A DNA stretch of 64,000 bases, from assembly GCA_964016885.1 (NCBI GenBank), contig OZ024762.1:18352001-18416000 (forward strand), given 5' to 3'. Source of the DNA: Eledone cirrhosa. Its lineage: Eukaryota. A program made the translations under genes and the position numbers. The notes below the pieces were generated by a model. That model worked only from the letters and a program-made list of their open reading frames with translations, was not told the DNA's origin and made no database searches. Below are positions 11,480 through 25,892 of the stretch, one piece after another (position 1 is the first letter of the stretch; the number at the start of each line of letters is the position of its first letter).

Positions 11480-12430
11480 GTATAATGGTTTCTGATTTAG
11501 GCACAAGGCCCAAAGTTTTGGGGAAAGGAAAGTCGATTAAATTGACCCCGGATGGAAATCAAAGCTAACCTTGGCAAAATTTGAACTCAGAACATAAAGG
11601 GATTTTACTCTATGCTGCAAAGCATGGTGTCTGACGCTCTACTGATGCTGCCAATCCACCATCCTTCATTAAATAAATAAATAACAATACTAATAATAAT
11701 TGTATCTTCTTTAGGCACAAGGCCAGCAATTACCCCAGTGTATTACTGGTACTTTATTTTATCGACCCCCGTAAGGATGAAAGGCAAAGTTAACCTCGGC
11801 GGGATTTGAACTCAGACCATAAAGGACCCTAACTCTATGCTGCAAAGCATGGCGTCCGACGCTCTACCGATACTGCCCCCCCCCCCCGTAAATAAATAAA
11901 TGATGATGATGATAATTGTTTCTACTTTTGGCACAAGGCCAGCAATTATCCCAGTACATTACTGGTACTTTATTTTATCAACCCCGTAAGGATGGAAGGC
12001 AAAGTTAACTTCGGTGGGATTTGAACTAAGACTGCAAAGGGCTGTAACTCTATGCTGCAAAGCATGGCGTCTGTCCCCTCTACCAATTTTGCCAATTAGT
12101 TATATAATTAAATCCCTTCAAATTCATGATTATTTAAAAAAATTATTTGAAAATGTGAGTCAGTGTGATTCATTAGAAATGGCAACGAAAGAGTTAGTGT
12201 TTATATTTATCTAAAAAACTTCCATTATAATTCTGAGGCGGTGGATTGGCAGTATCGGTAGAGGGTCGGTCACCATGCTTTGACGCATAGAGTTACGGCC
12301 CTTGCCATTCTGAGTTCAAATCCCGCCGCGGTTAACTTTGCCTGTCATCCATACGGGGGGTCGATAAAATAAGGTACCAGTAATGCACTGGGATAATTGT
12401 TGGCTTGGTGCCAAAGAGTAGAAACAATTG
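11480..12430. mobile_element. Cluster of four tRNA-derived SINEs (three minus, one plus), possibly with a Meta-type central domain
   Basis: A/B-box-like head (TGGCAG...GGT; GAGTTCAAATCC) and CTTTGCCTTTCATCC...GGGGTCGATAAAAT...GTACCAG core. Further copies at about 5040-5225, 13487-13760, 19280-19680, 31555-31745, 50850-51165 and 55455-55850. Confidence 0.8.
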
Positions 12431-13859
12431 TAATTCTGAGTAAAAACCTTTGTTACGTTATGTTCCAGACAGCATCATAATAATGAGAAAGTTAGTTATA
12501 TTACTAAATCCTTCCACAGATATAGTAGTAGTAGTAGTAGTAGTAGTGATGGTGGTAATAGTATTAGTAGTAGTAGTGGCAGCAGCAGCAGTGCATTCAA
12601 ATGAAATCAGTGATGCATACATCTCTTAGTTTCCGGTTAGATTGAAATGTAAGGAAATTAACAGGTAAGAAACAGATTTGTCTTAAAGAGATATTAACAG
12701 TAGGGGTGGTGGGTGGTGTGGTGGGTGTTGGTGGTGGATGGGTGCGGTGTAGTGGAACTATCAGTGGTGGATGGGTGTGGTGTAGTGTGTGGGGGTACTG
12801 GAACTATCAGTGGTGTTGGTGGTGGATGAGTGGGGTGTAGTGTGTGGTGGCAGTGGAACTATCAGTGGTGTTGGTGGGGGTGGTGAATGGGGTGTTGGTG
12901 GTGGCGGTAGTAGTAGTAGTAGTAGTGGTGGTGGTAATAGTAGTAGTAGTTGTAATAGTAGTAGTGGTGGTAGTAGTAGTGGTGGTAGTGGTAATAGTAG
13001 TAGTAGTAGTAGTAATAGTGTCAATAGAAGTGTCTGTGGTAGTGACATACACAACTATGGATTTTATTTCTATGAAATTAGAACAGTAATAACAACAACA
13101 GTAACAACAATAACAACAACAGCTGTGACAACAACAGCTGTGACAACAACAGTAACAACAATAATAACAACAGCTGTGACAACAACAGTAACAACAACAA
13201 CAACAGTAACAACAACAACTGACAACAGTAACAACAACAACAACAACAGTAACAACAACTGTGACAACAACAACAGTAACAACAAGGATGACAATGGTTT
13301 GTTTGGAACAAATTAATTAATTTAAACAAAGCCTGAAAACTTTGTGATTAAATCATTTAAACTATGTTTATGTGTGTATATGCATATATGTTGCTTTGTG
13401 TGCATATGCATGTTTTTGTGTGTATTGTAAATGTTTTATTTTTAAATTATATATACACAAAAAATATACACAGTAGGCAGTGATTTGGCAGAGATAGAAT
13501 ACTTTGTGGTATACGTTTTGGCTCTCCGAGTTCAAATCCTGCCGAGGACAACTTGGTCTTTCATCCATTCGAGATTGATGAGAAAAGTCCCAGTCCAGTA
13601 CTGGGGGTCGGTTCTTCCTCTATATCTCTTTCTCATTTCCATTCTCTCACTCTCTACTCTTCTCTGGAAGAAATCCACTGCATTCAGACCAGGAGAGGGG
13701 ACGGACTCTGTCAGGTTTTTAAAAATACCCTAGAAATACTCTATGTCAGTATGGTACCCTACTATGACTCTCTCAGGAGTTACGGGTCCATCCATCCATA
13801 CATACATACATACATACAGACAGACAGATTCAGCATTCTGTAAGAAGGGAGGTAGGTGT

Positions 13860-14335
13860 AAAAGCCAAACTTGCTATCTTCAAATTCAGTATTCATGCCA
13901 ACCCTTAACTATAGTCATGAATCTTGGGTAATGACCGAAAAAATATGATTGCAAATATAAGCAGCTGAAATGGGGTTCCTCGGAAGGGTCTTTGGAGTAA
14001 TGTTACTCTATAGAGTGCGTAGCTCGGAGATCAGAGAGTCACTCCAGGTAGAAACACTACTTCTCCGAATTGAGAGACCACAGTTCTGATACTATGGGCA
14101 TGTGGTTGGAATGTCTCAGGAAAGAATCGCTGGACAGATTTTACAGGCAAAACCAACCGACAGGAGACCCAGGGGTAGACCCCGAGCAAGATGGTTGGAT
14201 AACATCCATGAGCTTCGCTGGTCTTGCTTGGGGATCCAACCTGATCAGTTGGTGATGGTTGCTTCTGGAAGGAGTGTTTGAGGACTCTGCCCCACGACCT
14301 TCTCAGGAATAAGTGGATGAAGAACAAGAAGATAC
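13860..14335 (+). mobile_element. RTE 3' fragment
   Basis: Homologous to 7490-7905. Confidence 0.8.
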
Positions 14336-16209
14336 ATACATTATACAGTTTTTATTAGCATTTACACAACTCAACAAAGTAAATGAAATACATTTAACAA
14401 TTGATTGAAACTGCGAAAATGGAATATTTTACCAATTCATAACTTGAGGATAAACAGTAATTCCACTCACACACACAGTCTCTCTCTCTCACACTGTCTC
14501 TCTCTCTATCTCTTGTGCACACATAAACATCATCCCCTTTCCATAAAGACTTGTTACAGCAAGGGGTTAAAAAACCCATTTTCAGTCATCACCACCACCA
14601 CATTTACTCTCTCTCTCTTATCCCCTTTCCAGCATGACTGATATTCAACATGAAATCACCTCCTTCCTGCCCATGTGATATGCTCTAATAGCAACTACTT
14701 ATTTATACAGGAACTGATAGACCAATGGGAACATTGTTTCCTTGGTCCAATTTCAGGAGTTCCACCCCACTTGGTAAGCTAATGAACTCTGGGATTTTGT
14801 TGATCGATAAAAAACCAAAAACCAAACCCCAAAAGCTCCACTTATCTTTGGGGGTAGATGTGGGTTCTTTAAGCAACAGGAAAAGCAACCAATCTATGAG
14901 GACAGTCACTCTGAATAATGAAGACTATATCAGGTAGACAAGGACTACATAAGAGAAAGCAACCTGACTAGGAGTGCAGTTTCTCTGAATTAAAGCTGAT
15001 ACAGGGAAGAGGAATCTTCAAACCACTTCTCTAGTGCTGGTGGTACAATAAACTGTATGGTTATCTCCTGTTCTGACAGGGGCATTGGCCTTAAATCACT
15101 TGTAGTCATACGAGCTTTTCTAATGAAAGACACTGCCTATGATTTTCAAATAATTTTGAAAATAATATAAAATGTGGAAAGATTTAGTAATGTAGCTGGT
15201 GTTTGGAACATTACTTAACAAAGATTTTTACATAAAAATATGATGGAAGGCCTTTTGACAAATATAAACATTTTAACCTTTTCATAACCATATTTCTAAT
15301 GAAAGACACTGCTTATGACTTTAAAATAATTTTTAAAATGTGGAAAGATTTAATAATATAACTAACTTTCTCGTTATTAATATGGTGTTTCGAACATAAA
15401 AATTCTGATGGAGAGTTTTTAGATAAATAAAGACACTTTAAAATAAACAGATTTGCATCACAGGACCGGGGCTAATTTCAGGCAATGCGGTATGAAAAGG
15501 ATTACGACAATAAGCACCTAGTTCACTCTGTTAGGTTGTGGTGCCAGAGTCAAGATTAAATACACCCAGTACATGCTGTAAAATGAAGCATATGAGCCAG
15601 ATGTAGTCACACGATCAGTCGGGTTTCAGTAGATGATAGACTGTCTAAGCCATGCAGCATGGAAAATAGACGTTAAATGATATCATCATCATCATCATCA
15701 TCATCATTGTTATTTTAATGTCCACTTTCCCTTCTAGCAAGTGTTGGATGGGCCCATATAGACCAAGACCGTTCTGAAACAGAGCCACAGATCTCCCAGG
15801 CAAGCCAGGGACCTATGTGCTTCTGTACGGTCCCATGTTCAATCGAGTGTTCAGGAGAGGTTGTCATGCCTTCAACTCTTTGTTTAGCTAGATTTCTATG
15901 GCAGGAAGCCCTTCCTATAGACTAACCACTTTACAGTGTGTACTGGGTGTGTTGATCATGTAAATCACCAACACTAGGGAGGTTTCATGCCCTTGACACA
16001 ACTTGGGGGTCCTCCCAATATATTATATGTTCAAACACAGACTGTTGCTACAAATAGGGAATTAGGAAATTGGACAAAGACCCATTATAAATGTAGAACA
16101 GTTTCCAGCAGTTGCTCAAGAAATTGAATATCCATACCTCTCAGATATGAGGTCCAAATCTTCATAGAGGCTGCAATTTTTTCCGTCCATAACACTTCAC
16201 CCCTCACAC

Positions 16210-16475
16210 ATGCCCAAGCCCCCAGCCAACACACCTCTCCCACCAAAGCCCCCAGTCAACACACCTCTCCCACTCAAGCCCCCAGTCAACACACCTCTCC
16301 CACTCAAGCCTCCAGCCAACACACCTCTCCCACCCCCAATCCCCCAGCCAACACACCCCTCCCACCCAAGACCCCAGCCAACACACCTCTCCCACCCAAG
16401 TCCCCAGCCAACACACCTCTCCCACCCCCAAACCCCCAAGCCAACACACCTCTCCCACCAAAGTCCCCAGCCCAC
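16210..16475. repeat. C-rich minisatellite, unit about 30 bp
   Basis: CCCCAGCCAACACACCTCTCCCAC repeated. Confidence 0.85.
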
Positions 16476-17079
16476 ACTGTAAAGTAGTCATGTAGGTATC
16501 ACGACAAAAAGCACCCACCACTCACTGTAGGAAGAGCAAGACACGGTCACCTGACCTGGCCTATCTCACAACAGGACAACTCGTCTAACCCATGCTAGCA
16601 TGGAAAAATGGACGTTAACCGGTGATGATGAAACAGGCATGAAGATCAGTTATGAGAGAATAACATAACTGGGGGTCACCCACCCCAATAACTTTTTCAA
16701 CTGAATTTTAATTATTTCTAGGTGTGTCAAAATTTAACCTACATTTTAGACTAAAACTAGATATTTGCATGTGCAGTTGCAATCATGCATGCACATCTAT
16801 GTGTGTGTGTGTGTGGTGTATAATTGTAATGATCAGTTAATTATGAGATTAAGTGTTGTAGTTGGTGGTGGCAGTGTGCTGTAGTTGGTGATCTTAATGG
16901 TGGTTTTGATGATGGTGGTGGTGGTGGTGGTGGTGCTGGTGATGGTGTTGATGTATTTTAACACAAGACAAAGTTAGAGTTAATGATGATGATGATGGTA
17001 GTGAATGTGGTCATAGTGGTGATGTTGAGTGGTGTGTTGTAGTTGATGGTAGTTGTGGTGTTGGTGATTATGTTCCAGT

Positions 17080-17113
<34 letters not shown>

Positions 17114-17279
17114 GGTATTGCTGATGTTGCTGTATTTTAACACAAGACAATTAGAAGTCTTGTAGTGATGGTGTTGTTGATATGGTAGTTGTAGTAGTAG
17201 TAGTAGTAGTGGTGGTGGTGGTGATATTGTAGTAGTGGTAGTATTGATATTGATGTATTTTAATAAGACTTGGTTAGTT

Positions 17280-18030
17280 AGCAACAACAGTAGTAGCAGT
17301 AGTTGTAGTAGTAACAGCAGCAGCAGTAGTAGCAGTGGTAGTAACAGTAGTGGTAACAGCAGCTGTAACAGTAGCAGTAGTAGTAATAGTAGTAGTAGTA
17401 GTAGTAGTAACAGTAGCAGTGGTAGTAACAGTAGTAGTAGTAGTAGTAGTAACAGTAACACTAGTATTAGTAGTAATAACAGTAGCAGTAACAGTAGTAG
17501 AAGTAGTAACAGTAGTAGTAGCAGTAGTAGTAGTAACAGTAGTAGTAGTAGTAGTAGTAGCAGCAGCAGCAGTAGTAGTAACAGTAGCAGTATTAGTAGT
17601 AGCAGTAGTAACAGTAGCAGCAGTAGTAGTAACAGTAGTAGTAGTAGTAGTAACAGTAGTAGTAGCAGCAGTAGTAGTAGTAGTAACAGTAGCAGCAGCA
17701 GTAGTAGTAGCAGCAGCAGTAGTAGTAGTAGTAGTAGTAGTAACAGCAGTAGTAGTAGTAGTAACAGTAGCAGTAGTAGCAGTAGTAGTAACAGCAGTAG
17801 TAGTAGTAGTAACAGTAGTAGTAGTAACAGTAGCAGTAGTAGTAGTAGTAACAGTAGCAGCAGTAGTAGTAGTAGTAACAGTAGCAACAGCAGTAGTAGT
17901 AACATTAGTAACAGCAATAGTAGTAGCAGTAGTAGTAGTAACAGTAGTAGTAGTAACAGTAGCAGTAGTAGTAGCAGTAGTAGCAGCAGTAGTAGTAGCA
18001 GCAGTAGCAGTAGTAGTAGTAACAGTAGTC
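17280..18030. repeat. (AGT/AGC/AAC)n trinucleotide array
   Basis: Directly visible. Confidence 0.95.
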
Positions 18031-19236
18031 TCTAGAGAGTTACATGTGTAAAAATAACTGCTTATTTGCAGTTTCTCTGAATAACAAGGGTTAATCTGGT
18101 TTAAGTGTCTAGTGGACACTCTCCTGTTTTTGGAGGTAATAAAAACAAATACACCACCATTGCCGTCACTGTGTTGGTGCCGGTGTCAATGACATCTGCA
18201 ACAGATATAGTAAACATCTCTGGCAACCACCATCACCACTACCATCGTCACCATCATCATCAACAACACTATCAGCACTACCATCATCACCACCACTATC
18301 AACACTATCATCACCATCAACACTATCACCACTATCATCATCATCACCACTAGCATCATCATCACCACCACCACCACCACTACCACCATCATCATCATCA
18401 CCATCAACACTCACCACTACCGTCATCGCTACAATAGCTACTGTCGTCATCATCACCATCACCGCCACTACCATCGTCATCATCACCATCACCAATACGA
18501 TTGTCATCCCCACCATCACCACCAACATAATAATCATGCAGAAATAACTGCGTATTTATAACTGCATGCGTGGTGTCAAAAAGATGAAAGGCAAATCTGA
18601 CCTCAGCAGGGTATGAACATGGAATGCAAAGAGCTTTAATTAAAGGTCACGAAACAATTTGCCCAAAGTCTTAATGATTCTACCAATCCATCATCATCAT
18701 CATCATTTTTACATCCATTTTACATTTTACCACGATTGCATGGGTTGTTTAGGTCTTTCCCAGCTTGGCAACTCTCCACTCATCGTATTCCTTTGTTATT
18801 TCTTCTGTAAGCCTCAGTGATTTGAGGTCATCTCTCATAACCTCTGTCCAGGTCTTTCTTCGTCTGCCTCTAACTGCAGCTTCTTTCCACTGGGATTTCC
18901 TGGCACTTCTTCACACAGCAACCATTATCCATGTGTATCCCAGTCCACTCTGTAAATGTGATTGGTGTAAGGAAGGGCATCCAGCCGTAGAAACCCTTGC
19001 CAGAAACAGTTCTGTACGAGCGAGACACGGTCTCCCGACCAATCTTGTCTCAAGTGGGACAAAATCGTCCAACCCATGCTAGCATGGAAGACGGGCATTA
19101 AACAGTGATGATGATTATCATGTCCATACCAGCGCAGACTTCTCTCCTGCACACCACCTCAGATTCCTCATAATCCACAGCTCTAAAAACAACAACCACC
19201 ATCATTTTCACAGACATTTTTCCATACCTGCATTCG

Positions 19237-19268
<32 letters not shown>

Positions 19269-19716
19269 TGTTTTAAGATTTTTACAAGGCCAGCAATCAG
19301 CTGGGAAAAAAAAAACCTGTTGAATAAATCAACCCCCAGTGCGTTACTGGTGATTTATTTTATCTACCCAAATAAGGATGACAGGCAAAGCCAGCCTTGG
19401 GGGGATTTGAACTCAGAATGTAAAAATACCGCAAATCATTCAGTCCAACACTCTACCGAATAACAACAACAATAAAAATAATGGTTTCTGATTTAGGCAC
19501 AAGGGCAGCAATTCTTTGGGGAGGGGGGAAAGTTGATTAAATCGCCCCAGTATGTAACTGGTACTTTATTTTATCAACCCCTGTAAAGATGAAAGGTAAA
19601 ACCAGTCTTAGCAGGATTTGAATTCAGAATGTAAAAAGGCTGTAACTACGTCACAAAGCATTCTGTCTGACACTCTACCGAACAACAACAACAGCAACAA
19701 AAACAACAACAACAAC

Positions 19717-19760
<44 letters not shown>

Positions 19761-20976
19761 TAATAATAAACCAGAAAAAAAAAAGTTCTGATTTACAAGT
19801 ATGGTGCTGCTGCTTTTGTTGTTGCCACCACCACCACCACCACCACTGACTGCAACTCCACAACAACTACCACCACCACCACCACCACCACCACCACTGA
19901 CTGCAACTAACTTCACCACCAACTCCACTAAATCTACCATCACCATTCATTATCTCCACATTTACCACCACCAACTTCAACTCCACAACAACTACCACCA
20001 CCACCACCACTGCCACTACCACCACCACCACCAACTTCAACTCCACAACAACTACCACCACCACCACCACTGCCACTACCACCACCACCACCGCCAACTT
20101 CAACTCCACAACAACTACCACCACCACCACCACTGACTGCAACTAACTTCACCACCAACTCCACTAAATCTACCATCACCATTCATTATATCCACATTTA
20201 CCACCACCACCACCTTCAACTCCACAACAACTACCACCACCACCACCACCACCTCCACAGAACCCCCACCGCCGCTGGGCCCAATGAGAGGCACAGTACA
20301 TTGTTAAAGATTCAATAAATCAATAGATCTATTTTGAACAACCTGTAGTTCAATAGGCAGCACACACACACACACACACTTATGCACATACACTGCTACT
20401 TTATACATATATACACTTACATACATGTACACACACACACATACACACCACTACCTACTTTAAACATGTGTACACACATCACAACTTTATACACACATAC
20501 GCTAACACACCACTACCTACTTTAAACATGTGTACAGAAATACACATTAACACATATACATATATATATATATATATATACACATACATATATATACACA
20601 TACATATATATATACACACATACATATATATATATACACATACATATATATATATACACATACATATATATATATGTATGTGTATATATATGTATGTGTA
20701 TATATATATATATATATATATGTATATACACATACATATATATATACACATACATATATATATATACACATACATATATATATATATATATATACACATA
20801 CATATATATATATACACATACATATATATATATACACATACATATATATATACACATACATATATATATATACACATACATATATATATACACATACATA
20901 TATATATATACACATACATATATATATATACACATACATATATATATTTATACACATACTATATATATATATATAT

Positions 20977-21008
<32 letters not shown>

Positions 21009-21158
21009 ATACATTCATACAGATATATACATACATATATATATACATTCATACATACATATACACATATATATATACATACATACAGATATATACATAC
21101 ATATATATATACATTCATACATACATATACACATATATATATATACATACATACAGAG

Positions 21159-21195
<37 letters not shown>

Positions 21196-21227
21196 AACTT
21201 TAAAAAAATAACAAGTCAATCACCTAT

Positions 21228-22505
21228 AGATTAAGGGAGCACACCAGCCAGATAGATTTTATCTTTACCAGAAGATGAGACAGAGTGACTGTTGTAAACA
21301 CTAAGTCCCTTCCTGGAGAAGAATGCACCTCCCAACACAACCTAGTAGTTAGTGACCTTATAGTTAAGGCTAGATGATCTCGACGACAGAAAAGAACTTT
21401 GAGGAGACTATGGAAGTTGAAGGACCCCACAGCCAGTAATAAATTTAGAGGTATGTTACTAGATGCTTTTGACAATAAGGAAGAGCAAAGAGAGACATAC
21501 AATATAGAGGAGCAGTGGGAATTCCTGAAAGGTAACCTGCTGAAGGCAACAAATGAAATTTGTGGCTGGAGCAGGCCTCTAGGGAGGAGGAGAGCGACTT
21601 GGTGGTGGAACAGTAGGGTGGAGGAGACAATTAAGGTGAAAAGGCGGACATGGAAAGAATGGTGGGATGGAGGAATTAGAGAACACTACCAAGTAGCTAG
21701 AAGAGAAGCTAGACGACAAGGGAAGCAGAAGATAAGTTTAAGCATGTTCTGCAACGCGAGGACCAAAGGCGTTAGGTGTTCAGGATTGCAAGACAATGTG
21801 TCAAGGAAAATTGTGATATCGTTGGGGAGAAGTGTGTCTGTGATGATGATAAAGTACTTGCCCTCACTGATACCGAAAAGAAGGTAGGATGGAAGAGCCA
21901 CTATGAAAGACTACTAAATGAGGAGAATAAATGGGATGAAAACAGTTGTCACAAGTTTACCCAGCAGTATAGTAAGGCAATCAAAGATATGAAGACAGGC
22001 AAGGCAGCTGGTCCTTCAGGGATAGTTGCTGAGATGCTGAAAGTATCTGGAATGGTGGGACATACCATAATAAATCAAGTAATACAAAATAGTGTCATAC
22101 CCAATGACTGACGTAGCAGCATAATTTTCAATTGCTACAAGGGCAAATGAGACCCCCTAGATAGAGAAAACTATAGAGGCATTAACCTCTTCAGTGCCAT
22201 AGACGAGATAACTCATCTTAACATGTTTGAACTCTTTTCCAAACAGTTCCTAACTTCAAAGCTAGATGGGGTTACTAGTTTATTGATGTGACGTTTGTCA
22301 ATCATCCAGATATGTGTTGTCAATAAATAGTTATTTTTAAAAAATAGTCATTTTACTGAAAAAAAAACCTGGCACAGCAACTGTAGATGTGTAAAATATA
22401 CACGGCAGTCAACAGATTAAGTTGGTTGACCAGGTCATGAAGGTCACAGAAAGAGTTATTGCACAGCTGATTAAGAACTGAATTAAACTTGATGAAATGC
22501 ATTGA
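21228..22505 (+). pseudogene. Decayed RTE LINE ORF fragment (end of endonuclease to start of RT)
   Basis: WKLKD, WWN, MKTGKAAGPSGIVAEMLK and NYRGI with stops and frameshifts. Interrupted at about 22190-22420. Confidence 0.85.
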
Positions 22506-22541
22506 GTTCTTCCCATTATTCTACAAATTATATACACACAC

Positions 22542-22600
<59 letters not shown>

Positions 22601-23066
22601 ATAATATTAATAAATGGAAACTATCTTTATAAAACCATATTTATTTTATTATATATATTTCAAGGGTACCAATATATATATATATATATATTTATTTATT
22701 TATTGGTACCATTGAAATATATACACACACATATATATATATATAGAAGTGGTTAGACAACAGTTAGTTCACCATACCGAGAACAATTGTTTCACCTTAG
22801 TGGATCCTCAGTGTTCCACCACGAGAGAGAGAGTGAGAGTGAGAGAGAGACACACACACACATAACTGCCAGCATGTGTCCATCATTCAATCTATCTTTA
22901 TGTACACATATATATATATATATATCTATATATATATATATATATATCTATATATATATATATCTATATCTATATATATATATATATCTATATATATATA
23001 TATATATCTATATATATATATATATATATACCTATATATATATATATATATATACCTATATAATGG

Positions 23067-23840
23067 AGGCACATGGCTTAGTGGTTAGAGCATTGGCCTT
23101 GCAATCGAAAGGTTGTGAGTTCAATTCTCAGACCGGGTGGTGTGTTGTTTCCTTGAGCAAGACACTTTATTTCACATTGCTCCAGTTTACTCAGCTGTAG
23201 AAATGAGATGATAGGGACTGAGGTCCCTATCATTCCACTGCAAAGTGGTCGTGTAGGTGCCACGGCAAAAAAGCACCCAGCACTCACTGTAAATGAGGTT
23301 GGTGTTAGGAAGGGCATCCAGCTGTAGAAATCAAGCCAGAATCAGTTCCCGTCCCACCCTTGCAAGCAGGGAAAAGTGGACGTAAAATGAAATGATGATG
23401 ATGATGATATATATATATATATCTATCTATATATATATCTATATATATATATCTATCTATATATATATATCTATATATATATCTATATATATATATCATT
23501 TCATTTTCATTTCATTTCATTTTACGTCCACTTTTCCCAGCTTGCAAGGGTGGGACGGGAACTGATTCTGGCTTGATTTCTACAGCCGGATGCCCTTCCT
23601 AACACCAACCTCATTTACAGTGAGTGCTGGGTGCTTTTTTGCCATGGCACCTACACAACCACTTTACAGTGGAACGATAGGGACCCCAGTCCCTATCATC
23701 TCATTTCTACAGCTAAGTAAACTGGAGCAATGTGAAATAAAGTGTCTTGCTCAAGGAAACAACACATCACCCTGTCTGAGAATTGAACTCACAACCTTTC
23801 GATTGCAAGGCCAATGCTCTAACCACTAAGCCATGTGCCT
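23067..23840. mobile_element. Inverted pair of composite SINEs (tRNA head, CORE-like domain, RTE-like tail)
   Basis: TGGCTTAGTGG A-box, GAGTTCAATTC B-box and CCTTGAGCAAGACACTT core. Arms are about 23067-23395 and 23511-23840. Confidence 0.85.
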
Positions 23841-23908
23841 ATATATATATATATAGATATAAATCCCAGTATGGAAAAAGGCTGTAATAATGATGATGAT
23901 GTACTTAC

Positions 23909-24186
23909 CTTAGATGTTTTGGCATCAATGGTAAATACAGCTTTGTTTGGGTTCCGAATATTTGATGGTAACAAAGAGCAGTCTCCTGGGTAGGGGACAT
24001 CAACACACTTGCTGGAGGAGACATCGGTACAGGAGAGGTTGGAGGAGCTGTCATTGAAAGAAGTCTGCAATGGATCTAGAAGTTCTTTCGGTTTCAGAAA
24101 CTTGTAACAGTTTGACTCTATTTTTGGTGGAGGTAGCTGCAGTGACTGAACAGTGTTGGTCTTTGCTGAGTGCTTTCCAGGAAAGT
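23909..24186 (-). CDS. PASK: PAS kinase coding exon 4 (ends NPNKAVFTIDAKTSK, start of PAS-A)
   Basis: Acceptor tttttctcttcag and donor AAG|GTAAGT. NPNKAVFTIDAKT matches human PASK NPNKAIFTVDAKT (recalled from memory). Confidence 0.92.
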
Positions 24187-24789
24187 CTGAAGAGAAAAAC
24201 AGACATCATCATCATCATCATCATCATCGTTTTACGTCCATTCTTCCACGCTAGCATGGGTTAGACGGGAGTTGTCCTGTTGTGGGCAGTGCCAGGTCGG
24301 GTGACCTTGTCTTGCTCATATGAGATAATAAAATTAAAAAATAACCAAAGAAAAAACACCAACCTTGTCACACAGGGTTGGTGTTAGACCTTGGAGAGTT
24401 CGGAGCACTTCAGGTTTGGAGGGCACCTAATACACAAAAAATTAGAATACACAGTAAACCCCCCCAATTTTACATATCAAAGTTAGCTTGGCGCAAGTAA
24501 TTGGAATTGAAAAGTTACACTTACGGATATTAAATTCAAAAATTCTAACCATCCTATAACTAAAAAGCCCAGCTGAAGGTACACATAAATTGCTACGGCT
24601 GTCATTGGTGGGGCCCCCAACTGCAGGGGCCTCACTCGCCCCCCCCCCCCCATTAAATCCAGCTCTGTTGTCACAGTGTCACATAGGGGAAGATTAAAGA
24701 GTGGGAGTGAGGAAGGACTGATTGGGTAACAGCAAGAAGCCCTACAATATATAAAGGGCCTCCACAGTCCAGTCTGTAAAGAGGTAAGT

Positions 24790-25380
24790 GGTAGTGCTGG
24801 TGCCATGAAAAAAATGCACCCAGTACACTCTGTAAAGTGGTAGTGTTGGTGCCATGATAAAATACACCCAGTACACTCTGTAAAGTGGTAGTGTTGGTGC
24901 CATGATAAAATACACCCAGTAAACTCTGTAAAGTGGTAGTGTTGGCGCCATGATAAAATACACCCAGTACACTCTGTAAAGTGGTAGTGCTGGTGCCACG
25001 ATAAAATACACCCAATACACTCTGTAAAGTGGAAAGTGGTAGTGCTGGTATTACGATAAAATACACCCAGTCCACTCTGTAAAGTGGAAGTGCTGGGGCC
25101 ATGATAAAATGTACCCAGTACACTCTGTAAACTAGTAGTGCTGGTGTCACGATAAAATGTACCCAGCACACTCTGTAATGTGGTAGTGATAGAGCCATGG
25201 CAAAACATATCCAGTTCATTCTGTAAAGTGATAGTGTTGGTGCCATGATAAAATACACCCAGTAGACTCTGTAAAGTGGTAAGTGATAGTGCTGGTGTCA
25301 CAATAAAATATACCCAGTACACTCTGTAATGTAGTAGTGCTGTTGCCATGACAAAATGCACTCAGTACACTCTATAAAAT
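24790..25380. repeat. Tandem repeat of about 48 bp; inverted related array at about 6930-7275
   Basis: Unit GTGGTAGTGTTGGTGCCATGATAAAATACACCCAGTACACTCTGTAAA. Confidence 0.88.
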
Positions 25381-25842
25381 GGTCAGCATTAGGAAGGGGA
25401 TCGAACCTTAGAAACTATACCAAAATCAAAGATATAAGCCAAACGAGGTCGTTTGATTCGTCAAGTCTCAGAATGTGACGACCTGTCCAACCCATGCTAG
25501 CATGGAAAGCAGATGTAAGAGTGTGATGGTATATATTCATCTTTGTTGACATCACCACTATCATCATCATCATCATCTACACCAATACAACTGGGCTTAA
25601 CAGTAACCCCACCACCACCATCATTATCACAACACTATCCCCACCATATCCCCATTAACATCGCCACCACATCACCATGAGCACCACCACCACAACTACC
25701 CCGCCCCCAACTAGAACCCACCACCACCACCACCACCACAATACAATCCCCACACCACCACCATCAACAAGTCATCATTGGCCAAATTATGACTCATATC
25801 AACATGATCCATAGCATCATCAACACCCTAGTCATTTCAACA

Positions 25843-25844
<2 letters not shown>

Positions 25845-25892
<48 letters not shown>

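Noticed and set aside
14700-15120. Unique-looking segment as an extra exon
   Set aside because: It has stops and no convincing splice pair, and exons 4 and 5 already join seamlessly within PAS-A. It is possibly an old transposon fragment.
16958-18537. Long poly-L/S/T/V/H ORFs
   Set aside because: They are translations of trinucleotide microsatellites.
20468-21234. YI/HT/CV-rich ORFs here and at 25.8-29 kb, 52-53 kb, 57.8-58.4 kb and 63.3-64 kb
   Set aside because: They are translations of CA/TA dinucleotide repeats.
23067-23140. tRNA gene
   Set aside because: A and B boxes are present, but there is no acceptor stem or cloverleaf and it continues into a SINE core.
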